64,000 bases of DNA from a virus: positions 1 through 64,000 of IMG/VR virus record IMGVR_UViG_3300029922_000014. The stretch is one strand, 5' to 3'. The notes under the pieces were generated by a model, which was not told where the DNA came from, searched no databases, and saw only the letters and a list, made by a program, of their open reading frames with translations. How positions within the stretch are numbered: the stretch's first letter is position 1; each line of letters begins with the position of its first letter. Positions 46,243 through 56,485 of the stretch are shown piece by piece. Position numbers and translations under genes: made by a program.

Positions 46243-46636
46243 AGGTGCCTTCGGGTTCGATCGTGAAAGGGCTCTGAGTTGAACCGCGGATGGTGCGGTC
46301 GAAGAGCGAGATGATGCGACCATCACGCAGGATGGCTTGGGCGCTCCCGAACTCCTTCGCCCTATCTATAGCTTCGTTGCCGATTTGCCGCAATCCCCAA
46401 ACCGCAAACCTCATCTGTACGGTGGGCAGATCAGCACCAAGCCGATAGCTCGTGTGATCGCGGTCGTCGAGAAATATGCTGAACTGACCGGTCGAGCGAT
46501 AATAGGTCAGAACGAAGAAACGCCCGGGAAGTTTGTCTGGGAGTTTCGCCCGCACGCCCTGACGGGGCATGATGATGCCCTTGCGGTCTGTTTGCGCGTT
46601 GGCGTCGCGTAGCGGAGGGATGATGGAGCGGATCAC
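46205..46636 (-). CDS. hypothetical protein
   Basis: Operon packing; start uncertain. Confidence 0.55.
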   Translation of the reverse strand: MIRSIIPPLRDANAQTDRKGIIMPRQGVRAKLPDKLPGRFFVLTYYRSTGQFSIFLDDRDHTSYRLGADLPTVQMRFAVWGLRQIGNEAIDRAKEFGSAQAILRDGRIISLFDRTIRGSTQSPFTIEPEGTYVQLPSEARSDL

Positions 46637-46860
46637 GCTGCGCCTCCGCCCCCGCCTCCGCTGGCTCCTGCACCTCCGGAACCGCCCACTGCACCCGCCC
46701 CAGAGGCTCCTGGAGCGCTTCCGCCGCCGTTCGAGATACCGCCAGCCGGGGCGGTCGTCAGACCCTTCCCAGGAGGCAGGCCGGTCTTGCGCTTCTTCGT
46801 CTTCTTGTTGCGGATTTTGAGGGCCGCTTCCATGAGTGAACGCGTATCCACAGGCGTCAC
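46633..46860 (-). CDS. small basic, Gly-rich protein
   Basis: GTGA couplings on both sides. Confidence 0.5.
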   Translation of the reverse strand: MTPVDTRSLMEAALKIRNKKTKKRKTGLPPGKGLTTAPAGGISNGGGSAPGASGAGAVGGSGGAGASGGGGGGAA

Positions 46861-47417
46861 TCGAACGGAATCAGGAGATCCTGCACCTTGACAAAACGAC
46901 CGTTGTAGTGGGTGACCACAGCGCGTCCGTACGGCGCAGCCTGCCCAGCAGTGGTGACCACGGCAAAGCCAGCGAAGAACGGCTTGGTGATGGTTTCGAT
47001 GGACAGGACCACTTTGGCGCCCGGCTGGACGGTAAGCGGAGTGCCGCCTGCGATATTCGCACCGTTGTAACGCAGGGCGATCCCCGCGTACGCGTCGGTG
47101 TTGCCATTGTCGTTCGACTGCCGCACGGTGAAGTCATACGCCGCCAAGCCGAAGTTCTCCAGGCTCACCAACAGCGGCAGGCGAATGTCGAGCGGCGTCT
47201 GGTATAACGTGTTGTTCGCCGGGAAGGCGACCGGCGACTGCGGCGCTGGCAGCGTCTTGATGATCTTGTCCGAAAGCAGAGTCGGAACCTGGAAGGCGAA
47301 CACCTTGCTGGGACCAGGAGACGGCACGGGACCGGGCGTCCCCCCCGCGTTGTAGTACGTCGCGGGGTTGACGCCGATCAGGAACTCGTCGTGGCGCGGA
47401 TAGTGCTCAAAGCCCAT
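46857..47417 (-). CDS. putative head decoration/structural protein
   Basis: beta-rich; head cluster. Confidence 0.6.
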   Translation of the reverse strand: MGFEHYPRHDEFLIGVNPATYYNAGGTPGPVPSPGPSKVFAFQVPTLLSDKIIKTLPAPQSPVAFPANNTLYQTPLDIRLPLLVSLENFGLAAYDFTVRQSNDNGNTDAYAGIALRYNGANIAGGTPLTVQPGAKVVLSIETITKPFFAGFAVVTTAGQAAPYGRAVVTHYNGRFVKVQDLLIPFE

Positions 47418-47431
47418 GGGGAGTTGCCTTC

Positions 47432-47492
47432 GATTGACACGGTGTCAGTTGAACGATGCACAGATGGCGGACTGACACGATGTCAGTCCGCC
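47432..47492. promoter_or_regulatory. Pair of dispersed palindromes (47432..47449; 47471..47487 with arms extended to 12 bp, 47466..47492)
   Basis: GATTGACACGGTGTCAGT and GGCGGACTGACA-CGA-TGTCAGTCCGCC. Confidence 0.85.
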
Positions 47493-47497
47493 GCCGA

Positions 47498-47908
47498 TCA
47501 CATCAGGATCAACTGCTGGCCGACCGACTGCATGCGACGGATCTGCATCTGCCCACGGCCATTGCCGGAAGCGAGCAGGCGCAGGTAGTTGTCGATGCCG
47601 TTGCGCATCAGGAAGGTGTAATCGAGCATGCCGAGCGCCACCAAGGTGACGTTGGTCACGACCACGAGGTTGCTGTTGACGGTCAGCGCGTTCCACGAGG
47701 AACCGTCAGCCGACACCTGCAACGAGAAGGTCAGGGGGCCGTTGGTGACCGCGAAGGCCGCGGTGCCGCCGGAAAGCGACGGGCACAGGAAGGTGGTCTT
47801 GACCAAACCGCCGGAGTGCGGGTTGTTTTTGAACCGCAGGACTTCGGTGAGGGTCGAAGGGGCACCGAAATCATATTCGTCGACGGCTGCGACTTGGAGA
47901 CCGGGCAT
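47498..47908 (-). CDS. putative head decoration protein (beta-sandwich)
   Basis: LQVSADG.SW...YLRL pattern; GAGGAG RBS. Confidence 0.6.
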   Translation of the reverse strand: MPGLQVAAVDEYDFGAPSTLTEVLRFKNNPHSGGLVKTTFLCPSLSGGTAAFAVTNGPLTFSLQVSADGSSWNALTVNSNLVVVTNVTLVALGMLDYTFLMRNGIDNYLRLLASGNGRGQMQIRRMQSVGQQLILM

Positions 47909-47946
47909 GTGAAACTCCTCTGCAAGGGGATGCCTGTGACCGTAGG

Positions 47947-48669
47947 TTAGAGATGCGACCGCGCAAGCGCATCCAGCGGCAGGTTGGAGACCGCGACAAA
48001 CGTCTCTCCGAAGTAAACTCTGGACGGAGACATCTCTGCGAAGCTCGCGCGCAACAGGTCGAGGTCTCCGGGGGGACAGTCCTTATCCCACCACGCAGGA
48101 ACGAACCCGGCTGCCCAACTCGTTTCATTCGCGGTGTTGGCGTCGTGAAACTCGTCGAAGGCCATGACGTCGATGATGCGATCGGTTTCCGGGTCCTTCA
48201 CTTGAATACACAGCGTCTTGCGCGGAGCAATCGCAGTGACTGCGGCAAGCTGCACGGGGCGAGCATTGATGTAGTCGCGCCATTCTTTGAACGCTGGGCG
48301 CAACTCTTCATCCAGATACGCACCGAAGGAGTCCAGTTTTGCATTGTACGCCGCCCGGTTGAGGTCCTGGTCGGCGTGCCCGTTGTTGATCCAGGCCCAA
48401 TCCTCTTCCGAATCCGGCGACGAAAAATACAGATGCGCCGGATTCGCTCCGGCAATCGTCCAACAGTCCGCGCCGTTAGGAATCACAGCGCCGTTGAAAA
48501 CGAACATCCCTTCGTTGAGCGCCCACTGCTCCAACCGCCACCAGTTCGTAGACATGGCGATCGTTTTCGTCGGCCCGCTGATCACGAAGTCGAGCGGGTG
48601 TTCTTCTCCGCCTTTGATGTAAAGGACCAGACCGCGCGCACAGTCTTTAAGGAACGGGTGCATGGTCAC
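47947..48669 (-). CDS. hypothetical protein
   Basis: Coupled to the end of the 2450-aa gene. Confidence 0.6.
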   Translation of the reverse strand: MTMHPFLKDCARGLVLYIKGGEEHPLDFVISGPTKTIAMSTNWWRLEQWALNEGMFVFNGAVIPNGADCWTIAGANPAHLYFSSPDSEEDWAWINNGHADQDLNRAAYNAKLDSFGAYLDEELRPAFKEWRDYINARPVQLAAVTAIAPRKTLCIQVKDPETDRIIDVMAFDEFHDANTANETSWAAGFVPAWWDKDCPPGDLDLLRASFAEMSPSRVYFGETFVAVSNLPLDALARSHL

Positions 48670-51600
48670 TCCCAGGTCGCATTTTCACGGACAACGAAAA
48701 CCTTCTCGGGCGTGCGTCCGCGTGCGAACGACGTCCATCCAGCGGCTGCACAAATTGCCAAGGCCTTCTTCACTTTGTCTCCGTCGGAAAGTACCACTGT
48801 ATGCAAATACTTCCGCACGTCGAGCGCATTGCGAACATGAAACTGCCACTGCGATCCAGGACTGACCGAATCGCCCAAGTCGCCAACGAGGCTGCCGGAA
48901 TTCGACTTGGCGTTCTTCCATGACTCCGGGGTCAGGTACCGTTTCGCCGTCACGCTTCCGTAGGCGTCAATGGATTCGGTATCGTTGGCACCACCGACCA
49001 CGACGACGTCAGTGCGCAGGAATGCCGACGGGTCGAAGTACAGAATGAGATCCGGCTGATTGACGATCTTGCGCATGCAGGCAAAGAAGCCCTGACCGCC
49101 GCCGACACGCAGGTCCTTTTCTGCGGAGGAGTTGCCCGCTGCATTCGAGCCTACGCCCATCGGAAGACCGTACAGACGTTTGATGTAGGCAGCAAAAATG
49201 GCACCGTTGTTTGCCGTCAGCTTCTGCATCATCGTAAGCACGTTATCGACGCGGTGGGCCAGGAACACCTTTCCGAACTTGGCGACGATGTCTTCGCGCG
49301 TCACCCCCACACGATAGGACTCACCGAAGCCAACATCGTTGGGATGGTGAAACTCTGGGTTCCATCCAGGGAGATCCTTCAACTTGGCCGGGGTGGTGTT
49401 GAGCTTGGCAGCCAGGATCGCAGACAGCTTCGTGCGGGCCGCTTCCGCGTTTCCGCCCTGGTAGTCGGCCATTGCCTGCTTGTATGCGCCGTCGGTGACG
49501 TCACTGCCCTCTTCGCCGGGTTTGAATCCGGTGCCCGTGTCCTGTGCCAGATACACCTGCTTCGCGAGGTACAGCACCTCCTTGTCTTTATCCGTCGGCG
49601 GCTTCATGCCGATACCGGCCGCACGTTCAAACAGGTTCAGGAGTGCGGCGACATGGGCCACGGTCGGCTCGCCCGGAATGATTCCCCAAACCTGCCCACG
49701 GAAGGATTTTACCTCGCCGTGCGGGCTGTTGAAGTACACCGTCGCACCAGGGACCTGCGTAGACGTGATGACGAACTGCGTCTGCCCGTGCCCATTCGGC
49801 TTGACCAATGCCATCGGGGTAATGTCCATCTTGACGTTCTTGCCGGTAGGCGCGCTGTCCGGCATGAACCCGGAATCGACCCGCTTCTTGATGGTGATGT
49901 CGGATGGTTCAGAGGTGTCGGATGCCGATGCTTCTGGCGCCCACACGAACGGTTCGATGGGGGGCAGCTTCTTTCCAATCTGCGCCTGCGGATTCTTGCC
50001 TGCCTCTTCGATGGCGAGACAGAAGGGCAGATACTTCGCGATCATGGCGCGCACAACTGCCTTCGGGATGGTCTGATAGTTGCCCTCGCCGTGCACATCA
50101 AGCAGCAGCGCCTGAAGTTGTTTCCGCACCGCAATCACTGCTTCGACCTTGGCCACCTTGATGTTGCCGTCGTTGTGCTCGAAGCAGTGGCTGTCGACGG
50201 AGCGCTGTGCGTCATAAATGACACCGTAGAAGGGCGAACCGCGAACAGCGCTGTCGAAAGGAAGCACCGCAGGTCCGGTTGACTCAACCACGCCACAGAC
50301 AGCGCCGAGCTTTGCGATTGCAGCAACTGCCGCATGGCGGGCCACACGAAAATAAATCACGGTGCCGGCGGTTTCGGTGGTCCCCGAGAGGATGACGCGC
50401 TTGACCATCACCTCCTGGTTGTCGATGGCATCGCGGTCGATCTGCATGCTGCGCCCGGCCCATTGCGCCTGCGCAGCGATCGACACCGACTTGTGCTCCT
50501 CATCAGAGAACCCCTGCTTGTCGGGGTAGTCGTGCAGATGCGCAGGAACGCTCGACGGCAGGGTGTACGACTTGGTGTATGCCGCCCACTCCCACTTCTC
50601 GCCGCGCTGCTTGGCCAGCTTCGCCATCTCGGCAGTCCAGGCTTCGACATACCCATCACGCCGGGTTTTCATCCGCGCCAGAAGCCCGGCGAGCTTGGAG
50701 TCGGAATAGCCGCCCTCCTGTGCGATAGGCGCGATGGTGCTTTCGAGGTCGTCATCCGTGATCGCAGCCACCCGCAGCATGGTCTTGCGCATCGCAGCGA
50801 AGACGGCGGGTGCAATGACGGTCTTTGATTTTGACCAGTCGATGAGCAATTGCTTCGCGACCGGCTGCCCGACATTGCCCGGCGCATTCCAGGCCGGGTC
50901 CAACGACTCTTCGATGCCTTTGGTGACGAACTTGAAGGCCTGCCCGATGTCGATCGGCACCAGCTTTCCGGTGGTAGTGCGCAGCCAGTTGTTTCCGTGC
51001 CCGTCGTGGTTGCCAACGAACATGTCGAACACGTGCTGCTGCATGATCGCGATCATGTCGGATTCGGAGAGGTCTTTGGACGTGTCGACCGCGAATCCGA
51101 GTTCTTTCGCGTCTGCGATGAACGGTTGTGCGGAATACGTCTTTCCGCCGAGTTTGACCACGGTCGCTGGGACGTTGTTGTCCTTGACCATGTTCGCGAG
51201 CTTGAACGCCGCGGCATCGGTGAATGGGCGGATGGCATTGGAGTCCCCGTGCGCGGGCGCCTTGAGGATCCACTTCGCGCCGTCGGCAGTCGTAGCGAAG
51301 AAGATCGGCTTCGATCCGCCGCCAGGACCAGCACCGGCAAGGGTCAGCTTGTCGCCGGAGAGCGCGAGCGTCTTCGTGATCAGGGGATCAGAGGTGATGC
51401 TGGGAGGCGGCAGCATCTGCGTGGCATTTGCCGGCGGTGCCTTCGCGCTGCCCTTCTTCTGCTTGAGCGCAGCGCGGGCCTTCAGGCAGTTGAGCATGAT
51501 CGCTTTGAGCTTCCACGGCATTCCAGGCAGGAAGAGCGTGGCGGCGGGCTTGATCAGTTCCTTTGAGACCTGCGCGTAATGTGGGAACTCCGCCTCCTTC

Positions 51601-54600
51601 AGCAGTTTGCGGAACTCGGTCAGCGTCCCATGCCAGTTGCCCTGGGCGGCGGTAGTCTGAATGAGGTGATTTTTGTTTGCGTCGGGGTGAACATAGTATG
51701 CCGGCTCATCCAGCGGGGTTTTGGGAGGTCCCCAGCCACTGGACGGAAGCTCACTGAGCGGCGCGCAGATGAACGTGGCGGCCTGCGTCATCATCACCAC
51801 ATAGGTCTTGAGCGCGCCGTCGGCAGTTTCGACGCCGACGCTCCCAAGCACGAAACAGCCCCAGAACGACGAACCGGTGTCGTCGTTGACCATTCCATAT
51901 TCGGCGCCGGCAGTGGTGGAGAGCTTGATGATCGCCTGCCCCTGCAACTTCTTCTTCACCGCCTGAATCATGTCGGTGGTAAACGGAACGGAGCCTTCGA
52001 GCAGCGCTTCCCAAACATCCTCGTACGGCGCTGGCGGGATGTTCTGACCTGCGTTGTCGGTGGCCGCGGTGGGCTGTGAGGTGTAGTCGGCTTGTTTGGG
52101 CTTTGCAGCGAGGATGTTGCCGTTCGTCGTCAGCCACTTTTCGGTATCCTTCACCACCTGCTTGTCGCGCACAGAGAGTTCTGCGTACCAGTTGGAGTCT
52201 TCGTAATTGTCCATCGGGACCAGGAAGGTCTCTTCTGTCTCTTGGGGATCCTGGTCTTTAAAGCCGGTCAGAGAGCCACCCGTGGGCTTGGCAATGAACA
52301 GGCGGGTGATCGACGTGGACCCCATGTAATCGCCCAGGTGAGCCAGCGGGACGCAAGAGATGCCAACCTCCTCGAACACTTCGCGCACGGCTGCCTTCTC
52401 GGTCGATTCGCCCGGGTCAACGCCGCCCTTCGGGAAGGTCTTGGAATAGCCACCGAACTCGTTCAGCGGATGCACCAGCAGAAGGTAATGGCAGCCGGTA
52501 GTGGCCCCACCAATCGCTGCGCCGGGGGGAAAGACCACCACGCATCCGGCGGCTGGCTTCTTGCCTGCGATCGTGGCGAACGTCGGTTGCTCAACCGCAG
52601 TGGGGTTGTTCCAGCCCTGGGGCTTCTCACACGGGATTGACACGGTGTCAATCGTCACCGCGCAGTTGTTTTCACCGGGTTTGAAGGTGGCAACGCCGAC
52701 ATGACCAAAGCCATCGGGAAGCGCCGGTTCCTGCTGTGACCACTGGAACTTAAAGCTGACGGGATCAACCTCACCCGCAACATCCTGAACCAGCGGCGTG
52801 CCTTGCCCCGGGGCGGTCGAGTCCTTGAACCAGAACCAGCCAGCGACTACGCCTTCGGCACCGCTGGTATGTTTGACCTGGGTGCCAATAGGAAAGAAAA
52901 CACCTTCAGGCGCCGGGACAAGGTGGTACCCCTGATGATTCGCGATCCAGGCGGTGACTTCTTCCGACGGCGCATATCCCAGCGGCGAACTGGGCTGGCC
53001 CTCTTCCTTCTTCTCCCAGTTCGATGGCTTGGAAACGGTGAAATACGCCTTGCCGTCCCCGTTCTTGACAACTGCCATGGGCTTCTGTCCTGAGACGAGA
53101 GGGTGGGATCTGACCCACCCCACTACCGTCACGACAACGCCCGCTCCGATCTTGTCCGTAAGCTCCGTTCCGACCGGAAAGAACTCGCCGGCTGGCGCAT
53201 GGACCAGGGTGTAATGAAGATCATTCGCCCAATCCTGAAGTTGCTGTGAAACGACATATCCGGATGCAGGCGGAATGAACTGGTCTGGCTCTTTCTTCGT
53301 CCAGGCTTCAGGGTTGAACGCGATCGACGGCGGACCGCCTCCGGGGCTCTGGGAAAGCATGAACGTCTTCGCGAGGATGGATGCCGATCCCGACGTTTTC
53401 TTCACGTACCCAGAAACGACTTCAGTCGTCCCGTAACCGACCACTTCGGTGCCGATCGGAAACTCTCCGGGCGGAACAGGAACAAAAACGTAGCCTGCCT
53501 GTTCGGCGTATTCCTGATGGTGCTGCGAAACCTCGTACCCCAACGCAAGCGATGACGTCGGCGCTTCGACCGGCTCGTCGATGATGCTGGCAACCGGAAC
53601 ACCGCCAATCACCTGTCCAACAATCCACTGCGGCGGGCCGCCCGACTGCGTGACGCTGTCGATGTAGTAGTACGTCACGTTGCCAACAGTGACGCCCCCC
53701 AGCATCTGCATGGCCTTTGGCCCATACGTCAGATAGGGCGGTTTCGTAAGCCACTTGAACGCATCGGCTGGATGGCAGTTGTGCACGACCACGCCATAAG
53801 CGTCATCAACCGCCTTGAAGTCGATATCGGGAGTCACCGGACTGCCGTGCATCGGAAGGAGCAACGCGAGCTTGTACTTTCCAGCGGTCTCGTCGACAGC
53901 GAGCACGTACATGTGCGTCTCGACCTGCTTCCCTTTCGGGATCAGGATGTCGCCTGCCTTGAAGGCCGGAACGGGCTTGGACACCACGGGCGGAAAAACC
54001 GCGATAAGCGGGAATGTCACCGTGTCCTCGATGTCCGCGTCGATCGTTTCTGCGGTGCAACGCCACATGACCCACTTGCCGTCCTTCGCAGTGTATGCGT
54101 ACGCCCAGGAATAGCCGTCGAGGTCGATCGTGTACGTTTTCGTCGCGTAGGCGAGTTCAGCCTTCCCATCCCCGGTCGGATCGGAAATGAACGCACAGGC
54201 TTTTGCAGCGGTGGAAGCAGTGCCGATGAACTCGTTTTCGCCACTCTCGTCGAAGGTCTCGGCAATGACCTTTACCGACGTTGCGCCGAACAGCGCCAGC
54301 GGAGCCAACCAATAGGTCGTGACTCCGGCTTTGGTGCCGATGTGCCCAATCCAATACCGCATCTTCTCTTCGTTGTTTCGCACGATGTCGTTGACGCTGA
54401 ACTTCGGAACGTACGCCTTGGGCATCTCCGGTGCCTTCTTCCACACCGGCGTGATCTCGCCGCTTTCGATCTTTGCTGCGAGCGCGTCGTCTTCGTAGTC
54501 GTCGATGTCACCATCGTCATCCTGGCAGATGACCAGAACATCATCGACAACGACCGCTTCGCCGTTTTCATCTGTCGCGGGCAGGTCTTTGACTTCGATC

Positions 54601-56018
54601 ACCGCCTTGACGGTGAAGATGACTCCTGATTTTACGTGCAGCAGTTGCGTGATCGACTCGTACTGCTTCTGCGTTCCTGCCGTCGCAGCAATGAATGCCG
54701 ACGCAGTCTTGGTTTCGAGGTAGTCGAGGGGATGCCAATTTTCAGGATGGTCGGTGTACCCGGCGGCGTACTTGTCTTCGAGATGCGCAGCGAGCCAGCC
54801 GGATTGCAGCGTCGGCTTCGGCGCGGCGACAGGTTCCGGTTCCGGCGTGGGTTCTGGCGCGGGGACAGAAGTCGGAGCAGCAATAGGTGCCGGCGCTGGC
54901 GTCGGTGCGGCAGCGGGCGCGGGAATGAACTTTGTGACGTGCTCTTCAGTGAAGACACCGAATGGAACGCCGACATCCGACTCGGCAGGGATGCCGCCGT
55001 TGATGACCGTCCAGTCTTTGGCGATCCACGCCGCCAAGTAGATGTGGAAGATGCCGCCATTGAGCTTGCGGTGCACGATCCATTTATGGAAAAGTTCGAG
55101 CGTCTGGTGCGCGGTGATCTTGTTGATCGCCCAACCGTGATAAGCCTTTTCGATCAGGTCCCAGAACTTCTCCATCAGATTCTCGAAACCGTGGACCTTC
55201 GACGGATCTTCCCACTTTGCCCCGTGCGGGTGCATGTAGGTGATCGCGGCGTTGATGGCGTCGGAATACTTCGCGAAGCCAGAAACCGCGTCCTCAAGGC
55301 CCGGGGGCTTCTTGGTGCTCTTGTTCAGTTCCTTGATCTTCGCCTTGTCCTCGGTCGCCAGCACGAGGTAACCGATGAAGGTCGGCCAGATCATCTTGGT
55401 GGCAACGACCGCGGGCTGATGGATCAGTTGCTGCCACTTCAGCGATTCGTCGAGCATGCGCAGGGGACGAACGACGGCGAGTTCATTCAGGTCGCAGCGG
55501 GCGGCGTCGGCGTACTTGCCCTGAATATGTTCTGCGATGACACCAAACACTTCGGGCATCTTGTAGCAGGCTTCGATGGCCTCACCGACCGCGTCTGCGT
55601 GAGAACCGAACGTGGCGACCATGTCGGGGATGTCGTGTTCTTGGCGCAGGCGCTCCCAGAGGAATCGGCCGACGCTGGCTTCGGTCAGGTTCCATTCCGT
55701 GCGCCAGCCATCATCGCCAAGGGCTTCCGCGATCTCGGTTACGCTGGCGTGAAGCAAGGTGCCAAGCGAAAGCGAAACAGGGGTCTTGCCTAAGAGCGTG
55801 GCGGTGGCAAAGGCGTATCCAGCTTCGCGCCCGTAGTGGTCCCAAGCAGCGGAAGCAGATTCGGAGACGTGGACGCGTTCACAGTTCAGGCGATTGAAGC
55901 GAACGATCCGCTTCAACACACCGATGCTGACCTGTCCACTTGCCAGAGCTTCGCTGATCTTGCGCTTCTCCGGGATGGCGGCGGCGATGGCGCGGACGGC
56001 GGCGGGTACATGGATCAC
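48666..56018 (-). CDS. giant multidomain (polyvalent-like) protein: SH3/KOW-like repeats, Nudix hydrolase, HipA/PI3-4-kinase-like domain, possible ART-like C-terminus
   Basis: Nudix box GGVDPGESTEKAAVREVFEEVGI; kinase GGS...WILK...FDMFVGNHDGHGNNWL...PIDIG. Confidence 0.8.
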   Translation of the reverse strand: MIHVPAAVRAIAAAIPEKRKISEALASGQVSIGVLKRIVRFNRLNCERVHVSESASAAWDHYGREAGYAFATATLLGKTPVSLSLGTLLHASVTEIAEALGDDGWRTEWNLTEASVGRFLWERLRQEHDIPDMVATFGSHADAVGEAIEACYKMPEVFGVIAEHIQGKYADAARCDLNELAVVRPLRMLDESLKWQQLIHQPAVVATKMIWPTFIGYLVLATEDKAKIKELNKSTKKPPGLEDAVSGFAKYSDAINAAITYMHPHGAKWEDPSKVHGFENLMEKFWDLIEKAYHGWAINKITAHQTLELFHKWIVHRKLNGGIFHIYLAAWIAKDWTVINGGIPAESDVGVPFGVFTEEHVTKFIPAPAAAPTPAPAPIAAPTSVPAPEPTPEPEPVAAPKPTLQSGWLAAHLEDKYAAGYTDHPENWHPLDYLETKTASAFIAATAGTQKQYESITQLLHVKSGVIFTVKAVIEVKDLPATDENGEAVVVDDVLVICQDDDGDIDDYEDDALAAKIESGEITPVWKKAPEMPKAYVPKFSVNDIVRNNEEKMRYWIGHIGTKAGVTTYWLAPLALFGATSVKVIAETFDESGENEFIGTASTAAKACAFISDPTGDGKAELAYATKTYTIDLDGYSWAYAYTAKDGKWVMWRCTAETIDADIEDTVTFPLIAVFPPVVSKPVPAFKAGDILIPKGKQVETHMYVLAVDETAGKYKLALLLPMHGSPVTPDIDFKAVDDAYGVVVHNCHPADAFKWLTKPPYLTYGPKAMQMLGGVTVGNVTYYYIDSVTQSGGPPQWIVGQVIGGVPVASIIDEPVEAPTSSLALGYEVSQHHQEYAEQAGYVFVPVPPGEFPIGTEVVGYGTTEVVSGYVKKTSGSASILAKTFMLSQSPGGGPPSIAFNPEAWTKKEPDQFIPPASGYVVSQQLQDWANDLHYTLVHAPAGEFFPVGTELTDKIGAGVVVTVVGWVRSHPLVSGQKPMAVVKNGDGKAYFTVSKPSNWEKKEEGQPSSPLGYAPSEEVTAWIANHQGYHLVPAPEGVFFPIGTQVKHTSGAEGVVAGWFWFKDSTAPGQGTPLVQDVAGEVDPVSFKFQWSQQEPALPDGFGHVGVATFKPGENNCAVTIDTVSIPCEKPQGWNNPTAVEQPTFATIAGKKPAAGCVVVFPPGAAIGGATTGCHYLLLVHPLNEFGGYSKTFPKGGVDPGESTEKAAVREVFEEVGISCVPLAHLGDYMGSTSITRLFIAKPTGGSLTGFKDQDPQETEETFLVPMDNYEDSNWYAELSVRDKQVVKDTEKWLTTNGNILAAKPKQADYTSQPTAATDNAGQNIPPAPYEDVWEALLEGSVPFTTDMIQAVKKKLQGQAIIKLSTTAGAEYGMVNDDTGSSFWGCFVLGSVGVETADGALKTYVVMMTQAATFICAPLSELPSSGWGPPKTPLDEPAYYVHPDANKNHLIQTTAAQGNWHGTLTEFRKLLKEAEFPHYAQVSKELIKPAATLFLPGMPWKLKAIMLNCLKARAALKQKKGSAKAPPANATQMLPPPSITSDPLITKTLALSGDKLTLAGAGPGGGSKPIFFATTADGAKWILKAPAHGDSNAIRPFTDAAAFKLANMVKDNNVPATVVKLGGKTYSAQPFIADAKELGFAVDTSKDLSESDMIAIMQQHVFDMFVGNHDGHGNNWLRTTTGKLVPIDIGQAFKFVTKGIEESLDPAWNAPGNVGQPVAKQLLIDWSKSKTVIAPAVFAAMRKTMLRVAAITDDDLESTIAPIAQEGGYSDSKLAGLLARMKTRRDGYVEAWTAEMAKLAKQRGEKWEWAAYTKSYTLPSSVPAHLHDYPDKQGFSDEEHKSVSIAAQAQWAGRSMQIDRDAIDNQEVMVKRVILSGTTETAGTVIYFRVARHAAVAAIAKLGAVCGVVESTGPAVLPFDSAVRGSPFYGVIYDAQRSVDSHCFEHNDGNIKVAKVEAVIAVRKQLQALLLDVHGEGNYQTIPKAVVRAMIAKYLPFCLAIEEAGKNPQAQIGKKLPPIEPFVWAPEASASDTSEPSDITIKKRVDSGFMPDSAPTGKNVKMDITPMALVKPNGHGQTQFVITSTQVPGATVYFNSPHGEVKSFRGQVWGIIPGEPTVAHVAALLNLFERAAGIGMKPPTDKDKEVLYLAKQVYLAQDTGTGFKPGEEGSDVTDGAYKQAMADYQGGNAEAARTKLSAILAAKLNTTPAKLKDLPGWNPEFHHPNDVGFGESYRVGVTREDIVAKFGKVFLAHRVDNVLTMMQKLTANNGAIFAAYIKRLYGLPMGVGSNAAGNSSAEKDLRVGGGQGFFACMRKIVNQPDLILYFDPSAFLRTDVVVVGGANDTESIDAYGSVTAKRYLTPESWKNAKSNSGSLVGDLGDSVSPGSQWQFHVRNALDVRKYLHTVVLSDGDKVKKALAICAAAGWTSFARGRTPEKVFVVRENATWE
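52635..52653. promoter_or_regulatory. Dispersed palindrome (in CDS, encodes IDTVSI)
   Basis: GATTGACACGGTGTCAATC. Confidence 0.85.
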
Positions 56019-56470
56019 GGTGTTCTCCGATGCTTGCTCTTGGCGTCACGCTCTTCGCGACGTTTGAGCACCTGGGATGGAAGCTTGATTGACACGATGT
56101 CAGTCTTCGGCGGCTTGAGCTTCGTCAGCAAAGCGCTCAGCGCATCTGCATTCGCTGGCGCCTCATGGAACTTGTCTTTGTACCGAACGGAGAGCGCGCC
56201 CATGAGACCGATGACGTGGACGGTGTAGTCGTGCTGGGTGAGCTTTTTGACGGCCTTGTCCACCTCGGTCACGGACCAGCCACGCGCCAACAAAGCCGCC
56301 TGTGAGGCTTCTGGAACGATCAGCGACTTCGAGGTCTGTCCGTACACCCGACGCGAAACTGCGGCGAGCGGAGAGAGCGTGCGGGGATTGATGAGGGCGT
56401 ACCCGGCTTCCTTCACCAGCGCTTCAGCGCGCGGGTGTAGTGGGCTGGTCAGGACGACGGCGACTTTCAC
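56015..56470 (-). CDS. hypothetical protein
   Basis: GTGA coupling to the giant gene. Confidence 0.6.
   Translation of the reverse strand: MKVAVVLTSPLHPRAEALVKEAGYALINPRTLSPLAAVSRRVYGQTSKSLIVPEASQAALLARGWSVTEVDKAVKKLTQHDYTVHVIGLMGALSVRYKDKFHEAPANADALSALLTKLKPPKTDIVSIKLPSQVLKRREERDAKSKHRRTP
56087..56104. promoter_or_regulatory. Dispersed palindrome (in CDS, encodes TDIVSI)
   Basis: GATTGACACGATGTCAGT. Confidence 0.85.
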
Positions 56471-56485
56471 AGGATCGACACGGCA

